Of a DNA stretch of 45,871 nt, positions 18,192 through 27,820 are shown one piece after another. The translations under genes and the position numbers were made by a program. This DNA comes from a virus (Duplodnaviria; Caudoviricetes), in the IMG/VR virus record IMGVR_UViG_3300032257_000025, positions 1-45,871 of that record. One strand, written 5' to 3'. The stretch's first letter is position 1, and every line of letters begins with the position of its first letter. The notes beneath the pieces were generated by a model. The model worked only from the letters and a program-made list of their open reading frames with translations. It did not search any database and had not been told where the DNA came from.

Positions 18192-21100
18192 TAGAGTACA
18201 ATCTCCACGATGGAGGCCGTAGTGGCCTCGGGTTTACGGTGACGAACTGCGGCCCGCTGGAATCGGCCAGTCACAGTAGCACCTTGGCGTCCCGTGAAAC
18301 TGTCCCAGGTCGTGAGCGCGGATCGGTCACCAGGCACAGAGGCTGCCCAGTGGCTGGACTCCCAGCCGTCGCCCGTCAGAATCTCGGCTTCGAGGTGGTG
18401 CGCAGTCGTACCCTCCAGGCCCGAATCGACCGGGCCGGTGTCTAGGAGTAGTCCGGTGCTGCCCACACCCAAGTATACCGTAACAGTGCCCGAAAGTCCA
18501 GACAAAGCCCCGGAACCGAAAGTTAGTGTGGTGCCCGAAGTCACGTCGCCCACGGTGTTTACGACGGCCTCCACGTTGGCGGTGTCTATCACGAGGCACC
18601 TGGTCTGGGCGGCAATAGTGCTGGATGCGACGCCGGTGATGGTGTCGCTGGACACAGTGCCGGACAGCGTGAGGTCCTGGCCCGAGCGCACGTCGTCGCC
18701 GTAGACCGAGCCTTCCTTGGCCCAGGTGTTCTGCTGCGTGACCCAAGCGCCGTTGCCTGCGGTCAGGTCGCCGGTATCTAGGGCATCGCGCTCCTCGACG
18801 GTCCAGGATTTCGAGGGGAAATGGTAGCGCAGGCAGGTGCCCGAGGACGTATCCAGGACAAAGAGCGAGTTCAGTGCGGCACTGGTAGTCAGCCTACACT
18901 GGTCCTTGTCGGGCAGGAGGTCCTGGACCTGGGCGCCAAAGTTCGCGACCTGACCATCGACTACGGCCCAGAGCTTGCCATTGAAGGCGAAACCCATGCC
19001 CGAGTAGGCCGCGACACACTGGGCACTAGAGGCGCCAATGCTCTGGCCGAGCGCACGCGATTCGGGTGCTTCCGGGTCGCCGCCTACCAACATACCCCAG
19101 GCACGGCCACAGACCAGGACCTGGTTCTTGCTGAAGCGATCCTGTGTGCCCACCGCCGCTGTCGCTGGCCCAGCACTATCCTCGACCGGAATCCGGAATC
19201 GCAGGGTCTCGGGGAACGACTCCCAGCCGCCCGACCCCGGTGAACTCGGCCAGATCTGGTTCTTGTCGTCCAGCAGGGCCAGGCGATCACCCCAGGTGAA
19301 GGCAGTCAGGACCGACTCGGGCACAAAGCCCTCTAGTTCGTCGGCTGGTAGGCCCAGCGTAGTGCTGGCCGCATTATCGGTATAAACAGACGTGCCGACC
19401 GGAATGAAGGCCAGGCTCCGTAGTTCTCGCCCGCGCGCTATCTCCAAGGCGATCTGCACGTCCTCGTCGATGTCGGGGTCCACGATAGGGACCTCATCAG
19501 TTCGGAGCAGTTCAATGATGGCCACATCCGGGTGCGGCGTTTCAGGGAAGGTCACAGCCGGAGCCGGGTCATCACCAGAGCCTACCGTGTCGCGGTCGTC
19601 CACGATGGCTGCGTTGCCCTCGATGTTCGCGTCGGTCTCGGAGCCGAAGTTCTTGAGCGTGCTGCCCAGGTCATCGTCCGGCTGGAACTTGTAGTAGTGC
19701 ATGAGGTTCGTGGTGCCCCCCGTGTACTCGTTCTCGGAGATTCGCCCCGTGATGTAGTCGAAGTCGGTGCCATCCTCCAGGTCTGGGCCCTGGCCGTTGT
19801 CCCACATGCGGAACTCGCCGATGTCGGTCTTCTGGGATAGGGCTACGGAGGCCGCGAATCCGCCCACATGAATCCAGCCGCTGGACCAGGTATTGCCGAT
19901 AACCATGTCGGAGGAGCTGAAGCCGTTATCGAACACGACATCGCCGTTCACGGCCAGGTTCTCGATGGACAGGGTTGCGGCGCCTGTGGTCACGTCGTCC
20001 ACAACGCAGTCGAACGAGATCCAGTTGAAGCTGTCCCAGTCGGGCAGGATGGTTCCGTTACCTCGCAGCTCGTCCCGGGTCTTGATGTACTTCGGGTCCG
20101 AGGCCAGCGGGTCCCAGATGCGTTCCGTGATATTGAACGAGCCAGCGTTCCGGCCGCGCAAGGTCAGGGTGCCGTCGCCCAGCGCCGTGTAGTACATGAC
20201 GATGGCGGTGCTATTGAAGCCCGTGCCGTCCTCGTCTAGTGCCAGCGACACATGCTTCTTAGCCAGGAGCGCACTAGCGTCCTGGTCGAATGCTTCCATG
20301 GTAACGGCGGTCGAGCCATCAGACCTGGAGTACCACGGGAGCTGGAGTTCTGCGTCGAAGCGCTGGTCGTCGGAGTCGGTGGTGTCCTCGAAGATGGGCG
20401 CGAAGTCGGCGTAGATGTCACTTCCCAGGTCCTCCCCGGCGAAGGCTGCGAATCGTTGTTCGGATTTAGTCTTGAAGTCGGCGAAGGTTAGGTTGTCGGA
20501 CCAGGCTCGGTAGTGGTAATGGACAGCATCGGCAGGCGCCGGATCGACCAGGGACCAGGCACTGGCCCAGCCTGCGTCGGTTGTGGTGGCAGCGCTGTGG
20601 TCCACGTCACCCGCAGCACTCAAGAACGGCACGCGCACAGAGGCCCGACCGCAAGCGCCCCAGACCAGAGTTCGGGTGGTGCTGAACGGGGTCCAGCCCT
20701 CGAAGAAGTCGGTGTCGTCGTAGGAAGTTCCGGCAGGGCGGGCAGGCACCGTGCCTGGGCCGTAGGTAGCTTTCGCCACGTAGCCGGTCATGGTGTTGCC
20801 CTGGGCCCGGTAGTCAGTCCATGTGCCCTGGGTCTTGTTCTGGACCTGGATGTCGATGGCCTTTCCGCGCCGCGAGACCTGCACGTTGTAGTCCTCGCCG
20901 TCAGCCCAGAACCCTGTCGGCTCCAGCGCATCAGCGAACGTGAGCATGAAGTAGTTGGTGCTCAGGTTCTCGTTCTCGGGCGAGCCGCCCTGGATTACGA
21001 CATCCTTCTTCTGGCGCGCCAGGGCAATGACCAGCTTCGGCTTGGCGCTGGTGCCCCAGGTCGTTACGTCGGTGTGGCCCTCGCTAACGAAGGCACAGAC

Positions 21101-23284
21101 ATCGGCATTGCTGATAGGCCTGTTCGATGTGGTCTGGGGGGTGGCCTGCTGGAACCCGAAGATCGGGAATGCTTTCCAGCCGCTGGTTGGAGTGACAGGC
21201 GTCTTGTACCGGAAGGCCGCCTGTACCGTCCAGTTGCTGGTCAGGTCGAACGACATCGCGTGCTGGTTCGACTGGTAGAATGCCCTGGCGGATGCGGTAG
21301 CGTTGTCCTCCGAGCGGGCTCCGCGCATCCAGATCGTTTCCTTGAAGTCGTCCTTGTCCCAGTCGGGTAGGCGCATGTAGGTCTCGAAGACGTGCCGCTC
21401 GCCCTCGGTCAGGGCTGCGGCGTTAGCGGCCTCGAAGCGGCCCGTGGCTGCGGTGGAGCCGGTCTGGCCGTAGGTCTCGCCCAGCTCGGAGTCGGTATTC
21501 GAGCCCGACGAGCTGGTGCTGCCTAGGATTACCCTTTTACCCTGGCTCGCGTCTACCGGGTCCAGGCGCATGATGGGCCCGGCAGTTCCGTTGTAGGTTC
21601 GGTAACGGTAACCGTAGCCGACCGCACCGTCCAGGATACCTGGTCCAACAGCTTTCGTTGAGACAGAGGTCCCAGGGGCGGGCAGGCCAAGGGTTCGGCC
21701 TCGCGACTTCTCCTCGTCGAATACGTGGACCTTCGAGTTGCTGGTAACGAACGAGAGCGGACCGAGCCTGGAACTGGTCGGCCCGTCCTCGATTCGTCGC
21801 GATAAGGAGACAGCGTAACTCGCAGGCCCAGAATCCGAAATAGCGTTGCCACCAGCTATTGCACGCCAGGAGGAATCGGAGATAGGACCTTGCGAGTACA
21901 GGGGCTCCCCGCTGATCTCGGAGTTGGTGACCGGGAATGCGGGAAGGTTGTTCAGGCTCTTGTCTGCGGCCGAGCCCGAACCGAAGTCGTAGTAGAAGCT
22001 GGCGAGGTTCTTGGCGACCTGGCGCCGGGTCTCGAAGGGGTAGAGCGCTGCGGAATCGAGCGTGCCCTGGAAGTGGTCGGTGTCAGGGCTCTCGTCGCAG
22101 CCGATGTAGCAGTCAGGGGCCCGGCTGAAGTCGAGGTACGGCGGGAACATCTCGGTGCCGCTGTTCTCGGCGTTCTCGGTTCCACCCGGGGACACGACCG
22201 TGATGAAGCGGGTGTCGCCGTTACGACCACAGGCAATGGTGAAGGCCTGGGAGGCCGTCAGGTTCGTGGTGCTGGTGCTGAGGGTCGTGCCGTTACACAC
22301 GAAGTCCACGGAGCCGTCCGACTGGATGCTAAGGTGGAGCAGGTCGCCGTAGTCCACTAGGACCTGGGTACCGCTCACGTCCGTGATCCGGTCGCCTTCG
22401 CACACGAAGGACCAGGCATCTTCGCCCGTGGACGAGAGCTGGGTCTGGAAGTAGCGGTCGAGCGGGGAGCGGTGCTGGACGAGGAAACCGCCTGTACCGA
22501 ATCGCATCAGGGCAGTGTCCTGGACCGGCCTGCCGGGTGTTGCGCGGCAGGTCAGGGTGCCGCCGTCTGCGGTCACGATGTTCGGGTCCTGCTGACCGTC
22601 CAGATTCCAGGTCGTATCGAGCGCTCCGCGAATGCCCAGTACTGAGGCCAGGTCGGCAACATATGAATCTGAGTACCCTACCGAGCAGATTACAGGGTAC
22701 TCGCCGTTCGGCTTGGACGTGTAGCCGGTGTAGCCGAGTAGGTAGGCCGTGTGCGTGCTGGCGAATGCGCCTAGAGCTGCGGTGCTAACGGTCAGGGTCG
22801 TGGTGCCGTCGTCCAGGGTACACGTTGTACCAGTTAACCGTAGAACATAGTCGCTATCGTCGTTGGCCGTGATCGTGGCCTCGTCGGTGGCCGAACCCGA
22901 ACTGCCTTCGACCTTGAGCTGAAGCTGGAAGCCGTTCGCCTCGCTCCGGATAAGGCGCACCTCGAAGTAGTCGGTGGTCGAGGAATGCAGGCGCACGACC
23001 GGGAACGTGCCTGCCTTCTCGGCAATGGAGCCTGCACGTAGGGAAAAGCCGAACGTGAAGCCGCCCGTGGTCGATACGTCCTGCTCCAGGCGGTAGTAGC
23101 CCTGGCCCGGCATGATGAGGCCCAGTGCCTCGCCGAACTCGGCCTGGCGGATAGAACCAGTGCGGCGCTGGATAAGGCCCGGGGCCTGCGAAGCGTCGGG
23201 GTCAATCTCGCGCCGGTTTAGCAGGCCACCACTGGCGCCAGTACGGTCGAGGGGCAGCCTGTCGAAGCGGTGGCGGTTAGGCAT
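18191..23284 (-). CDS. Giant tail nozzle/stabilisation-like protein with inserted beta-sandwich (LamG/ConA-like) domains
   Basis: 1697 aa and Thr/Ser/Gly-rich. LamG-like closers (YIGCD..FQGTLDSAALY; IGEFRMWD..LMHYYKF) and a propeller-like C-terminus; position before the ejection genes. Confidence 0.6.
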   Translation of the reverse strand: MPNRHRFDRLPLDRTGASGGLLNRREIDPDASQAPGLIQRRTGSIRQAEFGEALGLIMPGQGYYRLEQDVSTTGGFTFGFSLRAGSIAEKAGTFPVVRLHSSTTDYFEVRLIRSEANGFQLQLKVEGSSGSATDEATITANDDSDYVLRLTGTTCTLDDGTTTLTVSTAALGAFASTHTAYLLGYTGYTSKPNGEYPVICSVGYSDSYVADLASVLGIRGALDTTWNLDGQQDPNIVTADGGTLTCRATPGRPVQDTALMRFGTGGFLVQHRSPLDRYFQTQLSSTGEDAWSFVCEGDRITDVSGTQVLVDYGDLLHLSIQSDGSVDFVCNGTTLSTSTTNLTASQAFTIACGRNGDTRFITVVSPGGTENAENSGTEMFPPYLDFSRAPDCYIGCDESPDTDHFQGTLDSAALYPFETRRQVAKNLASFYYDFGSGSAADKSLNNLPAFPVTNSEISGEPLYSQGPISDSSWRAIAGGNAISDSGPASYAVSLSRRIEDGPTSSRLGPLSFVTSNSKVHVFDEEKSRGRTLGLPAPGTSVSTKAVGPGILDGAVGYGYRYRTYNGTAGPIMRLDPVDASQGKRVILGSTSSSGSNTDSELGETYGQTGSTAATGRFEAANAAALTEGERHVFETYMRLPDWDKDDFKETIWMRGARSEDNATASARAFYQSNQHAMSFDLTSNWTVQAAFRYKTPVTPTSGWKAFPIFGFQQATPQTTSNRPISNADVCAFVSEGHTDVTTWGTSAKPKLVIALARQKKDVVIQGGSPENENLSTNYFMLTFADALEPTGFWADGEDYNVQVSRRGKAIDIQVQNKTQGTWTDYRAQGNTMTGYVAKATYGPGTVPARPAGTSYDDTDFFEGWTPFSTTRTLVWGACGRASVRVPFLSAAGDVDHSAATTTDAGWASAWSLVDPAPADAVHYHYRAWSDNLTFADFKTKSEQRFAAFAGEDLGSDIYADFAPIFEDTTDSDDQRFDAELQLPWYSRSDGSTAVTMEAFDQDASALLAKKHVSLALDEDGTGFNSTAIVMYYTALGDGTLTLRGRNAGSFNITERIWDPLASDPKYIKTRDELRGNGTILPDWDSFNWISFDCVVDDVTTGAATLSIENLAVNGDVVFDNGFSSSDMVIGNTWSSGWIHVGGFAASVALSQKTDIGEFRMWDNGQGPDLEDGTDFDYITGRISENEYTGGTTNLMHYYKFQPDDDLGSTLKNFGSETDANIEGNAAIVDDRDTVGSGDDPAPAVTFPETPHPDVAIIELLRTDEVPIVDPDIDEDVQIALEIARGRELRSLAFIPVGTSVYTDNAASTTLGLPADELEGFVPESVLTAFTWGDRLALLDDKNQIWPSSPGSGGWESFPETLRFRIPVEDSAGPATAAVGTQDRFSKNQVLVCGRAWGMLVGGDPEAPESRALGQSIGASSAQCVAAYSGMGFAFNGKLWAVVDGQVANFGAQVQDLLPDKDQCRLTTSAALNSLFVLDTSSGTCLRYHFPSKSWTVEERDALDTGDLTAGNGAWVTQQNTWAKEGSVYGDDVRSGQDLTLSGTVSSDTITGVASSTIAAQTRCLVIDTANVEAVVNTVGDVTSGTTLTFGSGALSGLSGTVTVYLGVGSTGLLLDTGPVDSGLEGTTAHHLEAEILTGDGWESSHWAASVPGDRSALTTWDSFTGRQGATVTGRFQRAAVRHRKPEATTASIVEIVL

Positions 23285-24701
23285 CTGGAAGGAGGGTTAT
23301 ACGCAACCAACAAGCGTTAGAATCCATGGATGTCATGGTTCCGGTCTCGGTCCAGGTGCAACCGATGATGTCACCTACGGCGATTACCAAGTTCGCGGCA
23401 GTCGAACTCACAGCGCCGAGATCGTGGTCGGTCCCGGCAGTTATGTCGCCATCTGCAAAGGTGTCGTAGTCGGCCTGGAGAAGCGTAGCTCCACCGTTAC
23501 TGCTATTGATGGGGCGGATGTCCCAGTGCTTTGATCCGTCTGACGTTGTGCTCTTGGAGGTACACAGCTTTACATCCGTAACCGTCCCCGCGATAGGGCT
23601 GGGTCCCATAACTCTCGTCACGGTACTGCTTCCGGGAGCCTTGCCGGCGTAGACAACCACCTCTAGCCCGCGCACCTCTTCAATCTTCACAAGCATCGAG
23701 CCGTTCGAGGCGTGGGAGTGGATGACCGTTCCCATGACCCATACACGCTCATTCTCGGGACGGGTATCGGTTAGTGCCCCCGGCGTATCGCTCAGATATA
23801 GGGTGTCTCCGTCAGACCACGAGGATGTGTCGAAGCCTTCAAGAACCCCACCGGTCTGAAAGTTGCCAGCAGTAGCGTCGGTGATAGTGCCTGCCGCAAC
23901 ACCCGTAGGAGGTTGTAGAGTCACAGCGTCGCCGTCTGCCAGTTCTACTGTCAGGGCGTCTGTGACATAGCTGTCTGCGTAAACTACTTCGCCGATAGTG
24001 ATCGTGCCAGAGGTTGTCTTCTTCGCGGAATAGATATCAGTATCCGAGCCTCCCCCTAACGAACCCAGGTCCACGTCAGCGTCCGGCATCGTGATTGTCC
24101 TGGTCGTGCCGGTCGTGATACCGCTGGCCTGGAATGCGATCTTCTTCGTCTCGTCTCCGTCGTCCAGGATACGGAACACATCGTCAGTAAACTCGGCAGG
24201 TGTAGTGACAGTGCTGGACGCACCGCCGTCGCTGCTCCAGGGCTCGCGTTCGGGAATGCCCTGGTCGAAGTTGTCCAGGTAGGCGCCCTTGTTGCAAGGG
24301 TCGGCTTTCCAGGCTGCGACCAGCTTACACTCCGTGGCCGGGTAGGCGGCTACGTAGTCGGCCCGGCGAATGAACTGGATGCTGATGAGCGCAGTTTCCG
24401 CATCGGTGCCAGTGTTGTCGATGTAAACCCCGAACGGGAAGTAGGTTACCTTCGTGTGCGGGTTGTTCTGGTCGATGGCCGACAGGTTGATGTCGGCGCT
24501 GGCACGATCCGGGTCCTCGGTCGTGAACAGGCGACCCGTGAAGTTGGCGGCGCCTGCGATGGGCACACAGCTCGCGTGCAGCAGGTAACAGCTACCCTCG
24601 TACAAGTAGTAGCGCTTGTTCGCCTCCAGGATACGGGTGCGAGACTGCTTCAGGTCCGGGTGGACCCCCTCACTAAGACTATCGAGACCTAGGTCCGTCA
24701 T
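23277..24701 (-). CDS. Tail fibre / virion structural protein
   Basis: Contains FRILDDGDETKKIAFQASGITTGTTRTITMPD and GEVVY..GDTLYLSDTPGALT..P, both fibre/cement-like motifs. Confidence 0.6.
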   Translation of the reverse strand: MTDLGLDSLSEGVHPDLKQSRTRILEANKRYYLYEGSCYLLHASCVPIAGAANFTGRLFTTEDPDRASADINLSAIDQNNPHTKVTYFPFGVYIDNTGTDAETALISIQFIRRADYVAAYPATECKLVAAWKADPCNKGAYLDNFDQGIPEREPWSSDGGASSTVTTPAEFTDDVFRILDDGDETKKIAFQASGITTGTTRTITMPDADVDLGSLGGGSDTDIYSAKKTTSGTITIGEVVYADSYVTDALTVELADGDAVTLQPPTGVAAGTITDATAGNFQTGGVLEGFDTSSWSDGDTLYLSDTPGALTDTRPENERVWVMGTVIHSHASNGSMLVKIEEVRGLEVVVYAGKAPGSSTVTRVMGPSPIAGTVTDVKLCTSKSTTSDGSKHWDIRPINSSNGGATLLQADYDTFADGDITAGTDHDLGAVSSTAANLVIAVGDIIGCTWTETGTMTSMDSNACWLRITLLPDA

Positions 24702-25464
24702 CGTGCGAGGTCCTGCGGAGGTCTGCGGTTTCGGCGCGGTCGCGCAGGGCCAAGCTCGGGCCCGGGCCGTCGAGGGCGCCGGTCCAGGTCAGGTAGAGCT
24801 GGTGCGCGTGAGCAAGTATCGGCTCCAGTGCTGGGTACGGCGCGTCGATGTCTGCGTCCTCGGCATTCGCGCGCACCTGGGAAATCGCGATCTGGACCGT
24901 GGTATTGGTGGGCGCCGGGTATAGGGCTACGTAGCTCTTGTCCTGGCCCGCGCTCCAGTGCTGGCTGTAGTGGCTCGGCTCGCCGCTGGTCTCGAACTGG
25001 GCCTTGATGTCGGCCTGTGGGAACGGCAGGAGCGTGGCGCCTACGACCACTTCCGCCGCCAGGACTTGGCCCGCGTGGGGCAGTTCCAGGGCGCGCCGGG
25101 TAACAGTCACGGAACCTGACAGAGTGCTGGCTACCGGGACGCCAACGTTAATGACCGAGCCAGTGACGGCCCGGACAATGTACTGGGTCCCGGTGGCATC
25201 GGTGAAGATGTCACGCGGAAAAACCCCGGCGACAGAAGCGAGCGTGATGTCCGCGCTGCCGCCCGAGTGTGATGAGATAGTCGTAGCTAGGGAGCCTTGC
25301 GGCGTACCCACGTAGGATTCCACCAGGCCTGGGAGGCCATCGCCGAAAGTTCTGGCGACAGCCCCGTTCAGGGCCTCGTCAAGGCGGGCCGACTCGGCCG
25401 TAGTCAGGGTCGCTAGACCTAGACGGGCAGTAAGTGCAGTCCGCAGTGACGCGAGGGTGGCCAT
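24679..25464 (-). CDS. Head-tail adaptor (tail tubular A-like)
   Basis: MATLASLRTAL N-terminal helix and ALYPAP motif; directly after the capsid gene. Confidence 0.6.
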   Translation of the reverse strand: MATLASLRTALTARLGLATLTTAESARLDEALNGAVARTFGDGLPGLVESYVGTPQGSLATTISSHSGGSADITLASVAGVFPRDIFTDATGTQYIVRAVTGSVINVGVPVASTLSGSVTVTRRALELPHAGQVLAAEVVVGATLLPFPQADIKAQFETSGEPSHYSQHWSAGQDKSYVALYPAPTNTTVQIAISQVRANAEDADIDAPYPALEPILAHAHQLYLTWTGALDGPGPSLALRDRAETADLRRTSHDDGPRSR

Positions 25465-25476
25465 CCTAGCGCTAGC

Positions 25477-26634
25477 TTAGAGAGTGATACCTTCGAGCTG
25501 ACCGCAGGAGCGGCGACCCGCATCCAACGACCACGAGAACTTAGTCTCGACTCGCTTGAACCAGTTAGTCGTGGTAGGAACAGGGAAGATGCCAGGGTAG
25601 GTCTTCATGAAGCCGATAGCAGGGGTTTCCTGCGAATCGTCAGCACTGTAGAGCCCTTGCATAACCACGTTCATACGCAGCGAGTTGTAGTTCAGGAACA
25701 GGATCGGGTACTCGGCAGTCGCACCAGCGCTGAGGTCCCACAGCTCATCCTTCGTGTCGAGGTTACGGTGACGGTGCACCGTGATATCGCCAATCGGGAA
25801 GCTGTTGGAACCGTAACCGAGGTTCGCACGCATCGGCTCGTTCAGGGCGGCGTCGTCACGGAGAAGCTGAATGAGCTGCTCGAAGACGGAGTTGCCGACC
25901 CAGACGTGCGTAGGACGTTCGAGGTTACCGTAGTCAAGATCGCGGACAAAGTTGTCGATGTCAGCAATCAGGGTTGAACCGTTAGCAGTACCGGACTGTA
26001 CGCCAGGTGCCCACTTCGCAGCGTCAGCGACCTTGATACCGCCGAATGCCTCGTCGGATTGGTCAATGTCACCGGAGACACCAGTCTTCGTGGTACCCGA
26101 GGACACAAGGCCCAAGAGCGACATTCCGAGGAAGTTGGTGCCGTCCCAGTCAGTATCGAGACTGTGCGGGGCGCGAGCTACGGGTGCATCACCATCGAAG
26201 GTGGTGTTACCCAGCAGGATGCTAGATTCGATGTGGTCCGCAGCACCGTAAGCAGCACTGGAGAACAACGCGGTCATGTAATCGACCTCGTCGCCAGCAG
26301 GCATGGCGCCCGGGAAGGCCACGTTTCGGGTCCAGGCAGCGGTACTGAACCGCGCTTGGGTCAGGATTTCCTTCGAGGTGGTCGCCAGCGTGGCACCTGC
26401 TCCGAAGTTGTCCATTGCGTGACCGACGATAGTGTTACCACCATCTTGGTGCAGCAGAGGAGTTTTGATCTCTTCGGTATCGCGAATCTGCATGATTCGA
26501 CCTGCGGCGGCTACGGATTCTAGGAACCTGTTACCACCATCCGAGAAGATCTGGATGAGTTGTGAGGAGGCCTCGTCGGCAGCAGCCGTTGCGAGGGTAT
26601 CTTGGGATCGGTTATACGACCAGGGAAGAGCCAT
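25477..26634 (-). CDS. Major capsid protein
   Basis: 385 aa after the scaffold gene; HK97-like features (PTHVWVG, ILFLN, C-terminal RRSCGQL.GI). Confidence 0.8.
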   Translation of the reverse strand: MALPWSYNRSQDTLATAAADEASSQLIQIFSDGGNRFLESVAAAGRIMQIRDTEEIKTPLLHQDGGNTIVGHAMDNFGAGATLATTSKEILTQARFSTAAWTRNVAFPGAMPAGDEVDYMTALFSSAAYGAADHIESSILLGNTTFDGDAPVARAPHSLDTDWDGTNFLGMSLLGLVSSGTTKTGVSGDIDQSDEAFGGIKVADAAKWAPGVQSGTANGSTLIADIDNFVRDLDYGNLERPTHVWVGNSVFEQLIQLLRDDAALNEPMRANLGYGSNSFPIGDITVHRHRNLDTKDELWDLSAGATAEYPILFLNYNSLRMNVVMQGLYSADDSQETPAIGFMKTYPGIFPVPTTTNWFKRVETKFSWSLDAGRRSCGQLEGITL

Positions 26635-26651
26635 GTTATGACGTGTGTTTG

Positions 26652-26683
26652 GAGTTCTGAGGGTTTGCCCTTAGCAGATACTC
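26652..26683 (-). other. Stem-loop in the scaffold-capsid intergenic region
   Basis: GAGT-A-TCTG-CTA-AGGG-CAAA-CCCT-CAGA-ACTC on the - strand. Confidence 0.5.
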
Positions 26684-26704
26684 GCGTTCCCCGGTGTGCC
26701 GACC

Positions 26705-27316
26705 TTACTCGTCCATCGACGCCAGCCTCTTCATTCGGGCCCGGACAGACTCGGTGTTTCCGAGTGCGTTACTTGGTGCCTTGAAGTCAGCAGGTGCGCC
26801 AACGACGCCTGGAGCGGCGACTGGGGTTCCGGTGTCGCTGGCGGTAGGTGCAGGAGCACCAGTACCAACTCTCGCGGCAGCCATGACTGCGGCAACTCCG
26901 GCCTCGGTCAGTAACGACTGGGGCGAGAACATACCAACAACAGCCTCGACTTTCTTGTAGTCCTCGGTGCCAGGCAGCACGCCCTCGGCAGCAAGCCTAG
27001 TGTGGAAAGTTCTGTCCGCTGTGTTAGCGGCTTCCCATTCGGCTCGCTCGGTGGCGATTTGGTCCTGGACCTGCGAAGCGGTCATGTAGGTCCCGTCCTG
27101 GGTCTTCTGACTCAGGGTGGCACTTACGATGTCCTCTACAAGTTTGCGATTGTCCGGTTCGAGATCTTCTAAAGAGCGTTTCGTGCTATGATCCTTCCGA
27201 CCTGCTTCCCGTACTTTGTCGGCTACCGATGGAGTCGGCTCCGGGTCTGGTGAAGGAGTGTCAGGTTCCGGCGTCACTGGATCAACTACCGGTTCGTCTG
27301 CTTTTTCGTCAGTCAT
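26705..27316 (-). CDS. Capsid scaffolding protein
   Basis: Pro/acidic disordered N-terminus, helical core and basic C-terminal helix; precedes the capsid gene. Confidence 0.75.
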   Translation of the reverse strand: MTDEKADEPVVDPVTPEPDTPSPDPEPTPSVADKVREAGRKDHSTKRSLEDLEPDNRKLVEDIVSATLSQKTQDGTYMTASQVQDQIATERAEWEAANTADRTFHTRLAAEGVLPGTEDYKKVEAVVGMFSPQSLLTEAGVAAVMAAARVGTGAPAPTASDTGTPVAAPGVVGAPADFKAPSNALGNTESVRARMKRLASMDE

Positions 27317-27376
27317 GTGGCTCCGTTGGTGGTAGGGCTACGCAAGCGCTCCCTGGTTCTCTGGCTACCTGCGTGC

Positions 27377-27405
27377 ATTATAGTGCCCTGCTGCCCCCTT
27401 GTCAA
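27377..27405 (-). promoter_or_regulatory. Perfect sigma70 promoter TTGACA-N17-TATAAT for scaffold/capsid
   Basis: Exact consensus hexamers. Confidence 0.88.
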
Positions 27406-27436
27406 GGGCAACAGGGCATTATATTTCCCCACCCAG

Positions 27437-27820
27437 CTAGTCTTTGACGCCTACGACCTTCCTCGCGGCCTCGATGGCCCTGGTCTTGTCGTCACTGGTC
27501 AGGAACTCCTGGGTCTCGTAGTCGATGTTGTTCTTCTCGCAGATCCGCATAGCGTCCTTCTCGGAGCTGGCGATATGGTCCGGGTGACCACTCGGCAGGC
27601 CCAGGACCCTGCGGCTGTGAGGAGTCTTGGACCTGTTGCTGCTCATGAAGGCATAGGTCGTACAGATATCAGACTTGTTCGGGTTCCGGGCACTATAGTT
27701 CCAGCCGCCTTCCGGGTACTGGGTCGCGCAGGCTCGACACTCGAACTGGTCGTTCGCTTGACGGCTGAGGCAGCGCTTCTCGTTGCACTCGGGGCAGTGG
27801 GTGATGATAGCTTGGAGCAT
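27437..27820 (-). CDS. Zn-ribbon protein in the head module
   Basis: CPEC...CRAC. Confidence 0.65.
   Translation of the reverse strand: MLQAIITHCPECNEKRCLSRQANDQFECRACATQYPEGGWNYSARNPNKSDICTTYAFMSSNRSKTPHSRRVLGLPSGHPDHIASSEKDAMRICEKNNIDYETQEFLTSDDKTRAIEAARKVVGVKD

Noticed and set aside
27417-27422. Second TATAAT upstream of the capsid promoter
   Set aside because: No matching -35 or extended TG motif.
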